From positions 9,818 to 67,078 of the forward strand of contig CAZLAW010000001.1 of assembly GCA_964557625.1 (NCBI GenBank): a stretch of 57,261 nucleotides of DNA. Direction: 5' to 3'. This document shows, in pieces, positions 47,521 through 57,261 of this stretch (the stretch's first letter is position 1; every line of letters starts with the position of its first letter). The notes below the pieces were generated by a model. It was not told where the DNA came from, did no database searches, and saw only the letters and a program-made list of their open reading frames with translations. The stretch comes from an uncultured Marinicella sp. (lineage in GTDB: Bacteria; Pseudomonadota; Gammaproteobacteria; Xanthomonadales; Marinicellaceae). A program made the translations under genes and the position numbers.

Positions 47521-47548
47521 TTGGACTCGTTCCCCGGTGGAAAAGTTC
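47521..47548 (-). promoter_or_regulatory. sigmaE-dependent autoregulatory promoter of rpoE
   Basis: GAACTT-N16-GTCCAA. Confidence 0.75.
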
Positions 47549-47555
47549 ATTAAGA

Positions 47556-50102
47556 TTAATGATTCTTTAAGATTTTAGCGCGTTGTTCAAGAATTTGCTC
47601 GATTTTATCTGCAGGCAACGGCCGACTGAACAAATAACCCTGAAAATAATCGCAGCCCTTTTGACTTAAGTATTGGCGCTGGTTCTCGGTTTCAACACCT
47701 TCTGCCACAATAAAGTGCCCCACCCGTTTAGCCATATCAATGGTGGCGTCCAAAATGGCCTCATCATCCGGGCTTAATCCAATGTTTTTGACGAAAACCT
47801 GATCAATTTTAAGGGTTTTGGCCGGAATTTTTCGCAGGTAATCTAAGGTTGAATGACCGGTTCCGAAATCGTCAATGGATAAAGTACAACCCAACTCCAC
47901 TATGCGTTTAAACATCGCCAATGCGTCTTTGACACTTTTAAATTTTTCGCTTTCAGTAATTTCAAAATCTAAATGTTTCGGTTGAATGCCTGTGTGCCTA
48001 ATGACATAGCGGATTCGATCGATTAAGCGGTTATCATTGAGCTGAATCGGCGATAAATTAATCGACATGGTGAGCGGTAAGTCGTAGCTTGACTGCCATT
48101 TTTTCAAACAGCGGGCCGCTTTTTCAATCACCAGTAACCCAATCTTATGAATCAATCCCGATTGCTCAGCCAACGGAATAAATAACCCGGGACTGATGAC
48201 CCCTAATTCCGGGTGTTGCCACCGGACCAGGGCTTCAAAGCCGGCAATATCCTCTGTTTTTGCTTCTATTTTCGGCTGATAATAGACATCAATTTGATCA
48301 GACTCAATCGCCTGCTCCAGATTTTTGACCATTTCCTCACTTTGTTTGGCCTGCTCACCATCTAATTCAACGCGATAAATCGAATATTGGTTTTTACCGT
48401 TTAATTTGGCATCGTAAAGCGCCACATCGGCATGTTTAATCAAAGTGTTCACCATTTTGCCGTGCTCAGGGTAGATTGCAATACCTAAAGAAATGGTCAA
48501 TTTGATTTCACTGCCATCGGTTAAAGTCACCGGTTCAGCCACTGCTTTTAAAATATTATCCGCCACCTCTTTGATGGTATCAAGGTTGACATGGCGATTA
48601 AGCAGCAGCAAAAATTCATCCCCCGCATAACGTGCCGCGACTCCGTAATCTCGTACATTATCATTCAAAATATTGGCCACATTGACCAACACCTGATCAC
48701 CCACATCGTGGCCCAGAGAATCATTAATCACTTTAAAACGATCCAGATCCAAAAACAACACCGCCACCGATTGTTTGGTTCGGGCGGCCTGGTCAATGGA
48801 TTTTTCAATGTACTTAATGATGTAGCGGCGATTGAGTAAATTAGTCAGTACATCGTATTGACTTTCTGATTCATGAGATTGTTTTAATTGTTGAAAAGCC
48901 ATATTGGCCCGATAATGTTCAACCAGTTTACTGAATAACAGTTTCAGTTGATTCCAACGCGGATAGCTGCGTTGTCCGCCCAACACCAATATGGCCTGAT
49001 GGTGCTTATTGACCCGGCAATTAAAAACCATAATGGATTCGACATCATTCATGGTAATAAACTCATCGCCCGGAATGTGTTGACTGGCCTGTTCTTTAAG
49101 AGACAGAATGCGCTGGTTTTTTATTTTTCTAAAAATGAAATCATGTGCACTCTCCATGAAATGCTGGGCATGATTTGACTTGGAATAATCAAAAATAATT
49201 TTGTTATAGGCATTGTCCCGATTTTTAGTCAACATAAAACAAAAATCAAAATCAGCCCATAAAATCATTTGTTTAAGTAATTCGTCAGAACGTTTAGAAA
49301 TAAAATCAATGGCCCTGATTTTATCTAAGAAATAGAGGATTTTTTGTCGAAAAACATGATCACTTTGATTATGAAGCTCAATCAGATAATGTGGCACCCC
49401 GTTAAAACTCAAATAAAATGCACATAATTTAAGGGGATATGATTGGCCATTGACGGTCCACTTGGATTGAATCTCAAGGCGACCGGTTTCATTGAGACGT
49501 TCCTGATAGTGGGGTAATTTTTGTTGCTGTTCCGAACTCAAACAAAAGAACCATTGTTGACCGACCACCTGGTCTTTATAAACATTGAATTGTTGTAAAA
49601 AACAATCGTTCACCTGCACCACTGCATGGTTTTTGGCATCTGCCAAAATTAAAGGGACACTGCCGGCTTGAAAAGCCCCTTGCAAATAAGCGTCTAACTC
49701 ATGATTGATTGTCTGATTATCCAGTAATGAAGTCACGGTCACCAATTGATTATGGCTCAATGGTGAGTACAATAATTTGGACACCCATTGTTTGATGTCA
49801 CGGTATTGTGCATAATCAAAACGAATATCATCTCCCACCAGGCCGATAATTTTCACATGTGGATAATCTTCTCGTATGTGTGACAGTTGCTGAGTGCTTT
49901 TAATCCACTGACCGGAAATTTCAACCGCCAACAGGCCCACGGCGTGCTCTTCACTGCTCAACAAAGAATCCATCTGATCCATGTGGCTGGCAGTCAAAAT
50001 TTTATCCACATTGAGTGCGTCAAAATAGTTAAAGAAAGCCAGGCGATCCGCTTTATCAGAACAGGCAATAACGACAGATTGTTTAGCGGATTTCATCAGC
50101 AT
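47556..50102 (-). CDS. Pseudo-receiver/PAS/GAF-like + GGDEF (AGDEF) + EAL protein
   Basis: DLDRFKVINDSLGH..GD, RYAGDEF, FEALVRW, SINLS, FEITE, DDFGTG, LKID, AEGVE, QGY. Confidence 0.92.
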   Translation of the reverse strand: MLMKSAKQSVVIACSDKADRLAFFNYFDALNVDKILTASHMDQMDSLLSSEEHAVGLLAVEISGQWIKSTQQLSHIREDYPHVKIIGLVGDDIRFDYAQYRDIKQWVSKLLYSPLSHNQLVTVTSLLDNQTINHELDAYLQGAFQAGSVPLILADAKNHAVVQVNDCFLQQFNVYKDQVVGQQWFFCLSSEQQQKLPHYQERLNETGRLEIQSKWTVNGQSYPLKLCAFYLSFNGVPHYLIELHNQSDHVFRQKILYFLDKIRAIDFISKRSDELLKQMILWADFDFCFMLTKNRDNAYNKIIFDYSKSNHAQHFMESAHDFIFRKIKNQRILSLKEQASQHIPGDEFITMNDVESIMVFNCRVNKHHQAILVLGGQRSYPRWNQLKLLFSKLVEHYRANMAFQQLKQSHESESQYDVLTNLLNRRYIIKYIEKSIDQAARTKQSVAVLFLDLDRFKVINDSLGHDVGDQVLVNVANILNDNVRDYGVAARYAGDEFLLLLNRHVNLDTIKEVADNILKAVAEPVTLTDGSEIKLTISLGIAIYPEHGKMVNTLIKHADVALYDAKLNGKNQYSIYRVELDGEQAKQSEEMVKNLEQAIESDQIDVYYQPKIEAKTEDIAGFEALVRWQHPELGVISPGLFIPLAEQSGLIHKIGLLVIEKAARCLKKWQSSYDLPLTMSINLSPIQLNDNRLIDRIRYVIRHTGIQPKHLDFEITESEKFKSVKDALAMFKRIVELGCTLSIDDFGTGHSTLDYLRKIPAKTLKIDQVFVKNIGLSPDDEAILDATIDMAKRVGHFIVAEGVETENQRQYLSQKGCDYFQGYLFSRPLPADKIEQILEQRAKILKNH

Positions 50103-50577
50103 TCACCCAACGACTGTCCCGCAACACGAAATTACCGTCAAGACCGGTATTAAAAGACACTTTATGGGCTTTTTCACTGAAAAATGAATGGTGTTGATCT
50201 CGGGGCAGTATAAATAAAAACTTGACCGGATGGGTTGATTCTGGACTGTTGTCATTAAAATACATTTTGCATTGCAGCCAACTGTCTTTATCAATCACCG
50301 GAAACACAAACACCGAAAAATGTTTGCGGGCTAAAGCAAATTTAACCGCGTCTTTAAACATATCGGTGCGCGGTGGTGGTGGCTCTGAACTTTTCAGGTT
50401 GATAAGACCGCGTCCGTTTTCCCACACATACAAAGCCCAACCGGTTTTTAAACTAATCGCTTTGAGGGTATTGTTGAGACCGGTGATATTATTCTTTTGC
50501 ACATATAGGATTTGATCCGTCTGTCGAATTTCTTCTTCAAGCTGGGACAGTTCATGACCGTTTAACAGATCACGCAT
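50083..50577 (-). CDS. Hypothetical protein between pilZ and the GGDEF-EAL gene
   Basis: 164-aa ORF starting 6 nt after pilZ and overlapping the next gene by 20 nt. Confidence 0.75.
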   Translation of the reverse strand: MRDLLNGHELSQLEEEIRQTDQILYVQKNNITGLNNTLKAISLKTGWALYVWENGRGLINLKSSEPPPPRTDMFKDAVKFALARKHFSVFVFPVIDKDSWLQCKMYFNDNSPESTHPVKFLFILPRDQHHSFFSEKAHKVSFNTGLDGNFVLRDSRWVNADEIR

Positions 50578-50583
50578 GGCTTC

Positions 50584-50940
50584 TTACAACGTCAATGTGG
50601 CAATATCTTGGCCGTTATAAGGCGCCAATATGCTGTGAATTTTGGTTTTAATGTTATCCATATCGCTGTTGTCATTAAATTGAACACCGATGCCTTGTAC
50701 CCGTGACCCTTGCGCCCCCGCAGGTGTAACCCACACCACTTTGCCGGTTACCGGCATGCGTTCATCATCGTCCAGGGTTAGGATTAAAAAAACTTCGTCG
50801 CCCATTTGGTAATTTTTATTGGTTTTAACAAACAAACCGCCATTCTCGATAAAGGGCATATAATGTTGGTGTAATTGGGCCGCGCCCTGAATATTGAGTG
50901 ATAGGATGCCTTTTTTGGCCATGCCGGCTGAAAATGCCAT
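50584..50940 (-). CDS. pilZ: Type IV pilus assembly protein PilZ
   Basis: GILSL.I, YMPFI.NGGLF, GKVVWVTP.GAQG, GIGVQF; follows holB. Confidence 0.93.
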   Translation of the reverse strand: MAFSAGMAKKGILSLNIQGAAQLHQHYMPFIENGGLFVKTNKNYQMGDEVFLILTLDDDERMPVTGKVVWVTPAGAQGSRVQGIGVQFNDNSDMDNIKTKIHSILAPYNGQDIATLTL

Positions 50941-50971
50941 ACTCGTTACCCCTGTGTTTGTAAGATGATTT

Positions 50972-51958
50972 CTATCGGACGTCGGTTTGCTTGATTTTTA
51001 CCAACATAGATTCAATCAACAACCGCGTCTTCGTTTGGTTATTTAAGTTTACCATAATTGTGCCTGTTAATTGACACAAATTTAGCAACTGACCGCTGGC
51101 GGAAGGCTGATTAAAAAACCACTGCTGCAAGCCATGAGACCAGTTAACGGTTTCTGTGCGGGGCCGATGTTTTGTTTTAAGCCAATGTAGAAACAGGGTT
51201 TGTAACAGCGACCAGTGGGTTGGTTTAACCTGCTGTTCAAGCTGATGTGAAACCGAAACCAAAGATTGTTCATCACTTAAATAATCCAGTATACAGCTCA
51301 TATGGCTTTCTAATTGAGTCACCACATCCTCTTCAATCAGACTATTGATTTGTAACGGCAATCCGGGACTCAATATCCACAGTCTGGTCAATTGCTCATC
51401 GGACAATTGTGGATTGTGTTGTTGCAACCAGTGTTTAATCTTCGGGTATTGATCCGAGCCACAATGTAGTTTTAATTGCAGACACCGTGAGCGGATGGTG
51501 GGCAGTAAATGATGAACCCGGTCAGTCTGAAGAATCAATAAACTGCCAGCAGGCGGTTCTTCCAGCACTTTGAGTAAAGCATTGGCAGCCGCGGTGTTCA
51601 TGGCATCGGCATGTTCAATCACCGCCACCTTATGCGGGGCACTGTGGGCCGTGGCGGTAAAAAATTGCACCAGTTCACGAATTGCGGCGACTTTAATCAG
51701 ATTTTTTTCAGGCACCACCGGTATTAAATCAGGGTGTTGGCCTGATCGATAAAGACGACAACTTTGACAATCACCGCAAGGCTCCGGTGTGGGTTTACGG
51801 CATAACAACTCAGCGCTGATGGTACGGGTCATGGCGGATTTGCCGATACCTTGCTTACCTTCAATGATTAAGGCATGGGGTTGCCGATCAGCGGCCAATT
51901 GCTGGTGCCATTGATCTAAGAATGGTTGTAACCACGGATAAATCATGACTTTATCCAA
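50972..51958 (-). CDS. holB: DNA polymerase III delta' subunit
   Basis: YPWL, CG.C.SC, HPD, AANALLK.LEEP, LLPTIRSRC. Confidence 0.95.
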   Translation of the reverse strand: MDKVMIYPWLQPFLDQWHQQLAADRQPHALIIEGKQGIGKSAMTRTISAELLCRKPTPEPCGDCQSCRLYRSGQHPDLIPVVPEKNLIKVAAIRELVQFFTATAHSAPHKVAVIEHADAMNTAAANALLKVLEEPPAGSLLILQTDRVHHLLPTIRSRCLQLKLHCGSDQYPKIKHWLQQHNPQLSDEQLTRLWILSPGLPLQINSLIEEDVVTQLESHMSCILDYLSDEQSLVSVSHQLEQQVKPTHWSLLQTLFLHWLKTKHRPRTETVNWSHGLQQWFFNQPSASGQLLNLCQLTGTIMVNLNNQTKTRLLIESMLVKIKQTDVR

Positions 51959-52575
51959 TGTTCATACGATTGCAGTGTGTTAATGAGTTGCTCCTGAACA
52001 GCCGCCGCTGATTGGTTGGCATCGATGGTTTTAATGCGCTCGGGATATTGTTTTTGGCGCTGCAGATAGCCCGCCCGAATACGCTTGAAAAAATCCTGAT
52101 TTTCTTGTTCGATGCGGTCTTTTTCAGAACGCATTGAAGCCCGCTGCAAACCGATTTCGGGCTTGACATCCAACCACAAGGTTAAATCCGGCTGACAAGT
52201 CCCCACTGTCAGCTGTTCCAGTTGTTCGATGAATCCCAAGTCAAGCCCTCTACCAAATCCCTGATAGGCAAAACTGGCATCCACAAAACGATCGGAAATA
52301 ACCCAGTTACCCTGATTTAAATTCGGTTCGATGACTTTTTTAACATGCTCCTGCCTGGCTGCAAACATCAACAATAATTCACTCATGGGTTCAAGATGCG
52401 CGGTGTGCAATAAAATATCACGAATACGCTCGGCGGTTTGCTCGCCACCGGGCTCACGGGTCACAATAAATGGTACCTGCCATTGTTCTAATTGACTTTT
52501 GATTGTGTCCAGTGCGGTGGTTTTGCCGGCACCCTCTGAACCTTCTAACGTAATAAATCGTGCTTTATTTGTCAT
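51943..52575 (-). CDS. tmk: Thymidylate kinase
   Basis: EGSEGAGKTT, TREPGG, DRF..AS.AYQG. Confidence 0.97.
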   Translation of the reverse strand: MTNKARFITLEGSEGAGKTTALDTIKSQLEQWQVPFIVTREPGGEQTAERIRDILLHTAHLEPMSELLLMFAARQEHVKKVIEPNLNQGNWVISDRFVDASFAYQGFGRGLDLGFIEQLEQLTVGTCQPDLTLWLDVKPEIGLQRASMRSEKDRIEQENQDFFKRIRAGYLQRQKQYPERIKTIDANQSAAAVQEQLINTLQSYEHWIKS

Positions 52576-53584
52576 GTTGCTGTTTTTTTAAATAGTTACT
52601 GACCGCTTGTTGGTGTTGACGGTAGGTTTCACTGAACACATGGCCGCCATCACCACTGGCCACAAAATACAGTTCCCGGCCGTCGTTGGGTTGACCGGCG
52701 GCATAAATTGAATCCGCGCCGGCCATGGCGATCGGTGTCGGTGGTAGCCCATGACGGGTATAGGTGTTGTAGGGCGTGTCGGTGCGTAAATGTTGATAGG
52801 TGATGTCACCGTCATAGGCCTGGCCAACCCCATAAATTACCGTGGGATCAGTTTGTAAGCGCATGTTCTTTTTCAGCCGGCGATTAAAAACCCCGGAAAT
52901 TAACGACCGTTCTGAATCTACGGCGGTTTCTTTTTCAATAATGGACGCCAAAATAAGTAATTCATAGGGTGATTTAAGGGCCAAATCAGGCTGACGAGTT
53001 TGCCAGGCCTGTTGCACAACTTCTTGTAAAGCCCGGTTGGCTCTTTGCAATAGCTGTAAATCGCAGTCATCCCGGGTGTAATGGTAAGTCTCGGGCAATA
53101 ACTGACCTTCCATTGACGGCGCTTGGATACCCAATAATTCAATAATCTGACGCTCTGATTGGTCAGTCAGCAACCGGTTTTTAAGTGTCAAACGGCTTAA
53201 TTGATGTTGGACTTGTTGCCAGGTTTGACCTTCAACCACCGTCCAGGCATATTGAATCACCCGATTTTCAGCAATCGCATCCAGCAGGCTGCGGGGCGTG
53301 TCTTTACGAGTGAAGCGGTATTCTCCACTTTTGATTTGACTTTGGTAGCCTTGCCAGCGACCGAGTATTTGCCATTGCCAGGCAGCGCCATGGCCATTAT
53401 TGTCTTTAATTTGGGAAATAAGCTGGCTGTAATAGCTGCCGGGCTGAACCTCGATACGGGTTTCATCGGCACTGAAAACCGGTGTATTGAGAAATTGTTC
53501 ATAACGGTAGTAAGCCAGGGCCGCCACCAATGCCAAAACAATCACTGCACCAAGCATACACTTTAAAAAAAATGATTTCATCAC
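52565..53584 (-). CDS. mltG: Endolytic transglycosylase MltG
   Basis: LASIIEKET, MRLQTDPT, YNTY...GLPPTPI. Confidence 0.95.
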   Translation of the reverse strand: MMKSFFLKCMLGAVIVLALVAALAYYRYEQFLNTPVFSADETRIEVQPGSYYSQLISQIKDNNGHGAAWQWQILGRWQGYQSQIKSGEYRFTRKDTPRSLLDAIAENRVIQYAWTVVEGQTWQQVQHQLSRLTLKNRLLTDQSERQIIELLGIQAPSMEGQLLPETYHYTRDDCDLQLLQRANRALQEVVQQAWQTRQPDLALKSPYELLILASIIEKETAVDSERSLISGVFNRRLKKNMRLQTDPTVIYGVGQAYDGDITYQHLRTDTPYNTYTRHGLPPTPIAMAGADSIYAAGQPNDGRELYFVASGDGGHVFSETYRQHQQAVSNYLKKQQHDK

Positions 53585-53587
53585 CTA

Positions 53588-54376
53588 TCAGTCAATCAGT
53601 TGTTGCCATAATCGGCTTATTCTATCGCAGATTGGATGATTAGTCTGAAACTTAGCCAGCGTTTTCACTGCAGACACCGCCCGAAATCCATGAACGGCGT
53701 TGGCTGTCATCAGTGCATCCGCCCGTTCAGCATCGGCCAGATTCAGGTGTTTGGTTGCAATCGGTAATTGCTGTTTCAACCAGGTCAATGCCACGCCGTT
53801 AACCCCGCAGTCTTGTAGAGCCGGGGTGTAAATTTTATGCCCACTTATCAGCAGTATATTTTGGCACGTGGTCTCAATGACTTCGTCTTGTTCATTCAGA
53901 ACCAGCAAATCATCCACAGACTGTCCGGTCAGTTCAGCGGCAATCACCACTTGGGGTAATCGATTTAAATGCTTTAAATTCTTCAACAAAGGTTGTGGTG
54001 ACAACCGCTGCTTAGCAATACCCAGGATTTGTGGTTGCGGTTGCGACTGCAGGTTATGTTGGCTGATAAACCAATGACACTGTCGGCTCCGTGGTTGATA
54101 ACCGCGTTGTGGCTGATCCCGGAATACCGTTAATCGCAGTATCGACTGATGTTGATTTTGTTGATTTTTAAATACCGTTTCAATGGCCCGAATATCGGGT
54201 AAATCAATTTTTAAATAATTTAAGGATTGTTGTAAACGTGCCAGATGCCAGGGCCACAAAGCCACATGACCAGCCTGACATCGCATGGTTTCAAATACCC
54301 CGTCACCATACATCAAAGCGCGGTTTTCCCACAACGTGATATCACCGGTCTTGAATGAAGCGCCAATAATCATCAC
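53588..54376 (-). CDS. pabC: 4-amino-4-deoxychorismate lyase (class IV aminotransferase)
   Basis: YGDGVFET, HL.RL, LKHLNRL, GV.GV; upstream of mltG. Confidence 0.85.
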   Translation of the reverse strand: MMIIGASFKTGDITLWENRALMYGDGVFETMRCQAGHVALWPWHLARLQQSLNYLKIDLPDIRAIETVFKNQQNQHQSILRLTVFRDQPQRGYQPRSRQCHWFISQHNLQSQPQPQILGIAKQRLSPQPLLKNLKHLNRLPQVVIAAELTGQSVDDLLVLNEQDEVIETTCQNILLISGHKIYTPALQDCGVNGVALTWLKQQLPIATKHLNLADAERADALMTANAVHGFRAVSAVKTLAKFQTNHPICDRISRLWQQLID

Positions 54377-55680
54377 TGCAATGCCCGAATCATCCCTTGC
54401 GCTTTATGCTCAGTTTCTTCGGTTTCTTTTTGAGGATTGGAGTCATGCACGATACCGGCACCGGCACTAAAGTGTACAGTTGAGCCTTGTAAACTTAGGG
54501 TGCGAATCAAAATATTAAAATCAGATTGGCCCTGATGATTAATATAACCGATACTGCCGGTATACGCGCCCCGTGGCCGCCGTTCAATTTCTTCAATAAT
54601 TTGCATGCATCGAATTTTGGGGCATCCGGTAATGGTTCCGCCGGGAAACAAGGCTTTAACGACCTCGGAAAACATCACATCCGGTCTTAATTGACCTCGG
54701 ATATTCGACACAATATGGTGAACATGCGGATAGGTTTCCACCACCATCAATTCATTCACCTCCACCGAACCCGGTACACTGACTTGACCGATGTCATTGC
54801 GCTCCAAATCCACCAGCATAATGTGTTCGGCTTGTTCTTTTTCATCCGAAATAAGGCGCTCAATTTGTCGCGCATCCGTCTGCGCGTCTTCCCCCCGTGG
54901 ATGGGTACCTGCAATCGGTCGGGTACTGACATAACCCCCTTTGGTATTAAACAAGCGTTCCGGTGAAGAACTGATAATGGCCCATTCCCGGTACTGAAAC
55001 AGCGCCGCAAAAGGCGAAGGATTGGTTTTTTTTAACCGGGCAAACAGACTTGCGGCACTGGGATGGCGTTCATGACTGTGATATAGCCAACGCCGTGAGA
55101 GGTTGGCCTGATAAATGTCACCACGCCGGATGTATTGTTGACAGATTTCAACGCCCTGCTGAAATATCCTGGCCGATTCAATCTGCTCACAATAAAATGT
55201 ATTGTGCGGTAGGGCAACGTCATGATTCATTTCTATGCGTCGTTTAATGTCATCGACAACTTGTTGAGAATATCCGCTGACAAAGGCAGTTTGGTTAACG
55301 TGATCAATCACAACCGCACCGCCACAATGGATGGCGGCCGCCAGTACCTGTTGCGACGACGGTTGGGTTAACTTTGGTTGCCAGCAACTGACAGCTTCAT
55401 AGGATAAGTACAGCAGCCAACCATGCTCGAAAGGCAGCGTCGAATGATCGGATGAAGGCGGCTGGTCAATAACCTTCATTAAGGCATCTAACTGTGTCGG
55501 GTCATACGCCACAACTGTTTGTTGTGGTGCAGCAAACAGGATATCATACCGGGCATTGGCACCCTCACCTGCCTGGCTTTCCAACAACCCCGGGAAAAAG
55601 TTTTTATCGCTTGCGGCCAGCTGCAGACAAGACGGTAGGTGGTCCAGCGGTTCGATCACCGACACAGGTGGTTCAGTCAT
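54373..55680 (-). CDS. pabB: Aminodeoxychorismate synthase component I (chorismate-binding)
   Basis: YQANLS, SSPE, PIAGT, EHIMLVDLERND, FPGGTITGCPK; adjacent to pabC. Confidence 0.8.
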   Translation of the reverse strand: MTEPPVSVIEPLDHLPSCLQLAASDKNFFPGLLESQAGEGANARYDILFAAPQQTVVAYDPTQLDALMKVIDQPPSSDHSTLPFEHGWLLYLSYEAVSCWQPKLTQPSSQQVLAAAIHCGGAVVIDHVNQTAFVSGYSQQVVDDIKRRIEMNHDVALPHNTFYCEQIESARIFQQGVEICQQYIRRGDIYQANLSRRWLYHSHERHPSAASLFARLKKTNPSPFAALFQYREWAIISSSPERLFNTKGGYVSTRPIAGTHPRGEDAQTDARQIERLISDEKEQAEHIMLVDLERNDIGQVSVPGSVEVNELMVVETYPHVHHIVSNIRGQLRPDVMFSEVVKALFPGGTITGCPKIRCMQIIEEIERRPRGAYTGSIGYINHQGQSDFNILIRTLSLQGSTVHFSAGAGIVHDSNPQKETEETEHKAQGMIRALQ

Positions 55681-56921
55681 TCATTATACTTTTTAAATAC
55701 CACCGAACCGTTGGTGCCGCCAAAACCAAAAGAATTGCACATCACTGCATTAATATTGGCTGACCTTGATTGGTTAGCCACATAATCTAAATCACAAGCC
55801 GGATCAGGATTGTTCAGATTTATGGTGGGTGGTAACATTTGGTCATGAATGGCCATGACACTAAAAATCGCTTCCACGCCACCGGCGGCACCGAGCAAGT
55901 GACCGGTCATGGATTTGGTGGAACTGACTGCCAGTTTATAAGCCTGATCACCAAAAGCCACTTTCACCGCATCACTTTCACCCACGTCACCTTGTGGTGT
56001 TGATGTACCATGGGCATTGATGTAATCAAAATCGGTTTTATCTAACCCCGAATCTTTAATGGCATTGACCATACAACGGGCTGCACCTTCACCTCCCGGA
56101 GACGGTGCGGTCATATGATGCGCATCTGAGCTCATGCCAAAACCAACCATTTCCGCATAAATTTGAGCACCTCGTTTCTGAGCACTTTCTAAAGTTTCCA
56201 GTACCAAAACACCGGCACCATCACCCAGCACAAAGCCATCGCGTTCCTGATCCCAGGGTCGAGAAGCTTTGGTGGGCTCGTCATTGCGCGTTGATAAGGC
56301 TTTGGATTGGGAAAAACCGCCAATCGCAATCGGGGTTGAGGCATACTCCGCACCACCGCATATCATCACATCGGCATCACCGTACTGGATACTGCGGTAA
56401 GCCATCCCGATACTATGGGTGGCAGAACTACAGGCGGACACCATAGCCAAATTAGGGCCTTTAAAGCCATATTTAATACTTAAATTCCCCGATGCCATGT
56501 TAATAATGGTGCTGGGAATAAAAAAAGGTGATATGCGTCTCGGACCTCTGGCTAACCAGGTTTCGGTGGTTTCCTGAATGCCCAAAATCCCGCCAATCCC
56601 TGCGCCCACATAAACACCGATACGTTCAGCGTTGTCCTCTGTCACTGCCAAGCCGGCATCTTCAATCGCATCCGCACCGGCGGCCATGGCATAATGAATA
56701 AAAGGATCCATTTTTTTGGCGTCTTTGGCGGATAAGTATTTTGATACATCAAAATCCTTCACTTCACCGGCAATTTTGGCTGCGAAATCACTGGTATCAA
56801 AGTGGCTGATGGGACCGATACCACTGACGCCATTTAAAATATTGTCCCAGGCTGTTTTTAATTGGTTTCCCACCGGCGAGACGATTCCCATCCCGGTGAC
56901 CACAACTCGACGTTTTTGCAT
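55677..56921 (-). CDS. fabF: 3-oxoacyl-ACP synthase II
   Basis: RRVVVTG.G, SACSS, NAHGTST, GHLLGAAG, NSFGFGGTN; start ATG 56921. Confidence 0.97.
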   Translation of the reverse strand: MQKRRVVVTGMGIVSPVGNQLKTAWDNILNGVSGIGPISHFDTSDFAAKIAGEVKDFDVSKYLSAKDAKKMDPFIHYAMAAGADAIEDAGLAVTEDNAERIGVYVGAGIGGILGIQETTETWLARGPRRISPFFIPSTIINMASGNLSIKYGFKGPNLAMVSACSSATHSIGMAYRSIQYGDADVMICGGAEYASTPIAIGGFSQSKALSTRNDEPTKASRPWDQERDGFVLGDGAGVLVLETLESAQKRGAQIYAEMVGFGMSSDAHHMTAPSPGGEGAARCMVNAIKDSGLDKTDFDYINAHGTSTPQGDVGESDAVKVAFGDQAYKLAVSSTKSMTGHLLGAAGGVEAIFSVMAIHDQMLPPTINLNNPDPACDLDYVANQSRSANINAVMCNSFGFGGTNGSVVFKKYNE

Positions 56922-56957
56922 TTCAGTCCCCATGTTCAAACTCAATTTTTGGCAAAT

Positions 56958-56985
56958 AAAAAAGCCACGGTTAGACGCGGCTTTT
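56958..56985 (-). terminator. Terminator hairpin between acpP and fabF
   Basis: AAAAGCCGCG-TCTAAC-CGTGGCTTTTTT on the minus strand. Confidence 0.75.
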
Positions 56986-57007
56986 AAGACCTCACACTGT
57001 GAACAAC

Positions 57008-57247
57008 TTAAACGTTCGCAGTGACGTAATCGATGGCTTGCTGAACTGTGGTGATTTTCTCGGCATCTTCTTCAGGGATTTCACACTCAAACTCTTCCTC
57101 TAAAGCCATCACCAATTCAACCGTATCCAATGAATCTGCGCCCAAGTCATCGACAAAGGAAGCGCTGTTGTTTAATTCTGATGCACTGACATCAAGATCC
57201 AACTGTTCAACAACAATTTCTTTTACTTTATTTTCAATGTCACTCAT
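57008..57247 (-). CDS. acpP: Acyl carrier protein
   Basis: [20 protein letters not shown]. Confidence 0.98.
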   Translation of the reverse strand: MSDIENKVKEIVVEQLDLDVSASELNNSASFVDDLGADSLDTVELVMALEEEFECEIPEEDAEKITTVQQAIDYVTANV

Positions 57248-57261
57248 GTGTTCATTACCTG

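Overview
A core-genome window from a moderately AT-rich gammaproteobacterium. Gene order resembles Xanthomonadales and their marine relatives such as Marinicella (inference from ribF-ileS-lspA-ispH without fkpB, bolA-murA divergent from the kdsD operon without mla genes, and fabF-pabB-pabC-mltG-tmk-holB-pilZ). It is almost entirely housekeeping: ispH/lspA/ileS/ribF/murJ/rpsT, thyA-folA, the yrbG-kdsDC-lptCAB-hpf-ptsN-rapZ operon, murA, thiI, dusB, leucine-catabolism enzymes, rpoE-rseA-rseC-mucD-lepAB-rnc-era-recO and acpP-fabF to pilZ, plus M28, M13 and TraB-family proteins. I saw no tRNA, rRNA, CRISPR array, transposase, integrase or prophage. The most interesting signals are mostly non-coding. 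(1) rpoN is missing from its conserved slot between lptB and hpf. In its place is a ~200-nt region that can fold into a closed multi-stem RNA with an anti-SD loop and also contains a 60-codon ORF, behind a sigma70 promoter overlapped by a sigma54-type box. (2) A degenerate 'AD-GYP' c-di-GMP protein sits behind a CRP/Clp-like site. (3) pilZ is followed by an unknown ORF and a pseudo-REC/PAS/GGDEF/EAL gene. (4) Composite palindromic direct repeats with a compensatory base-pair change bracket the M13 peptidase gene. (5) Two genes have promoter -10 boxes embedded in hairpins. (6) CCGG/ACCGGT looks strongly over-represented. All regulatory and novelty claims are inferences from sequence alone; nothing here proves a new system.
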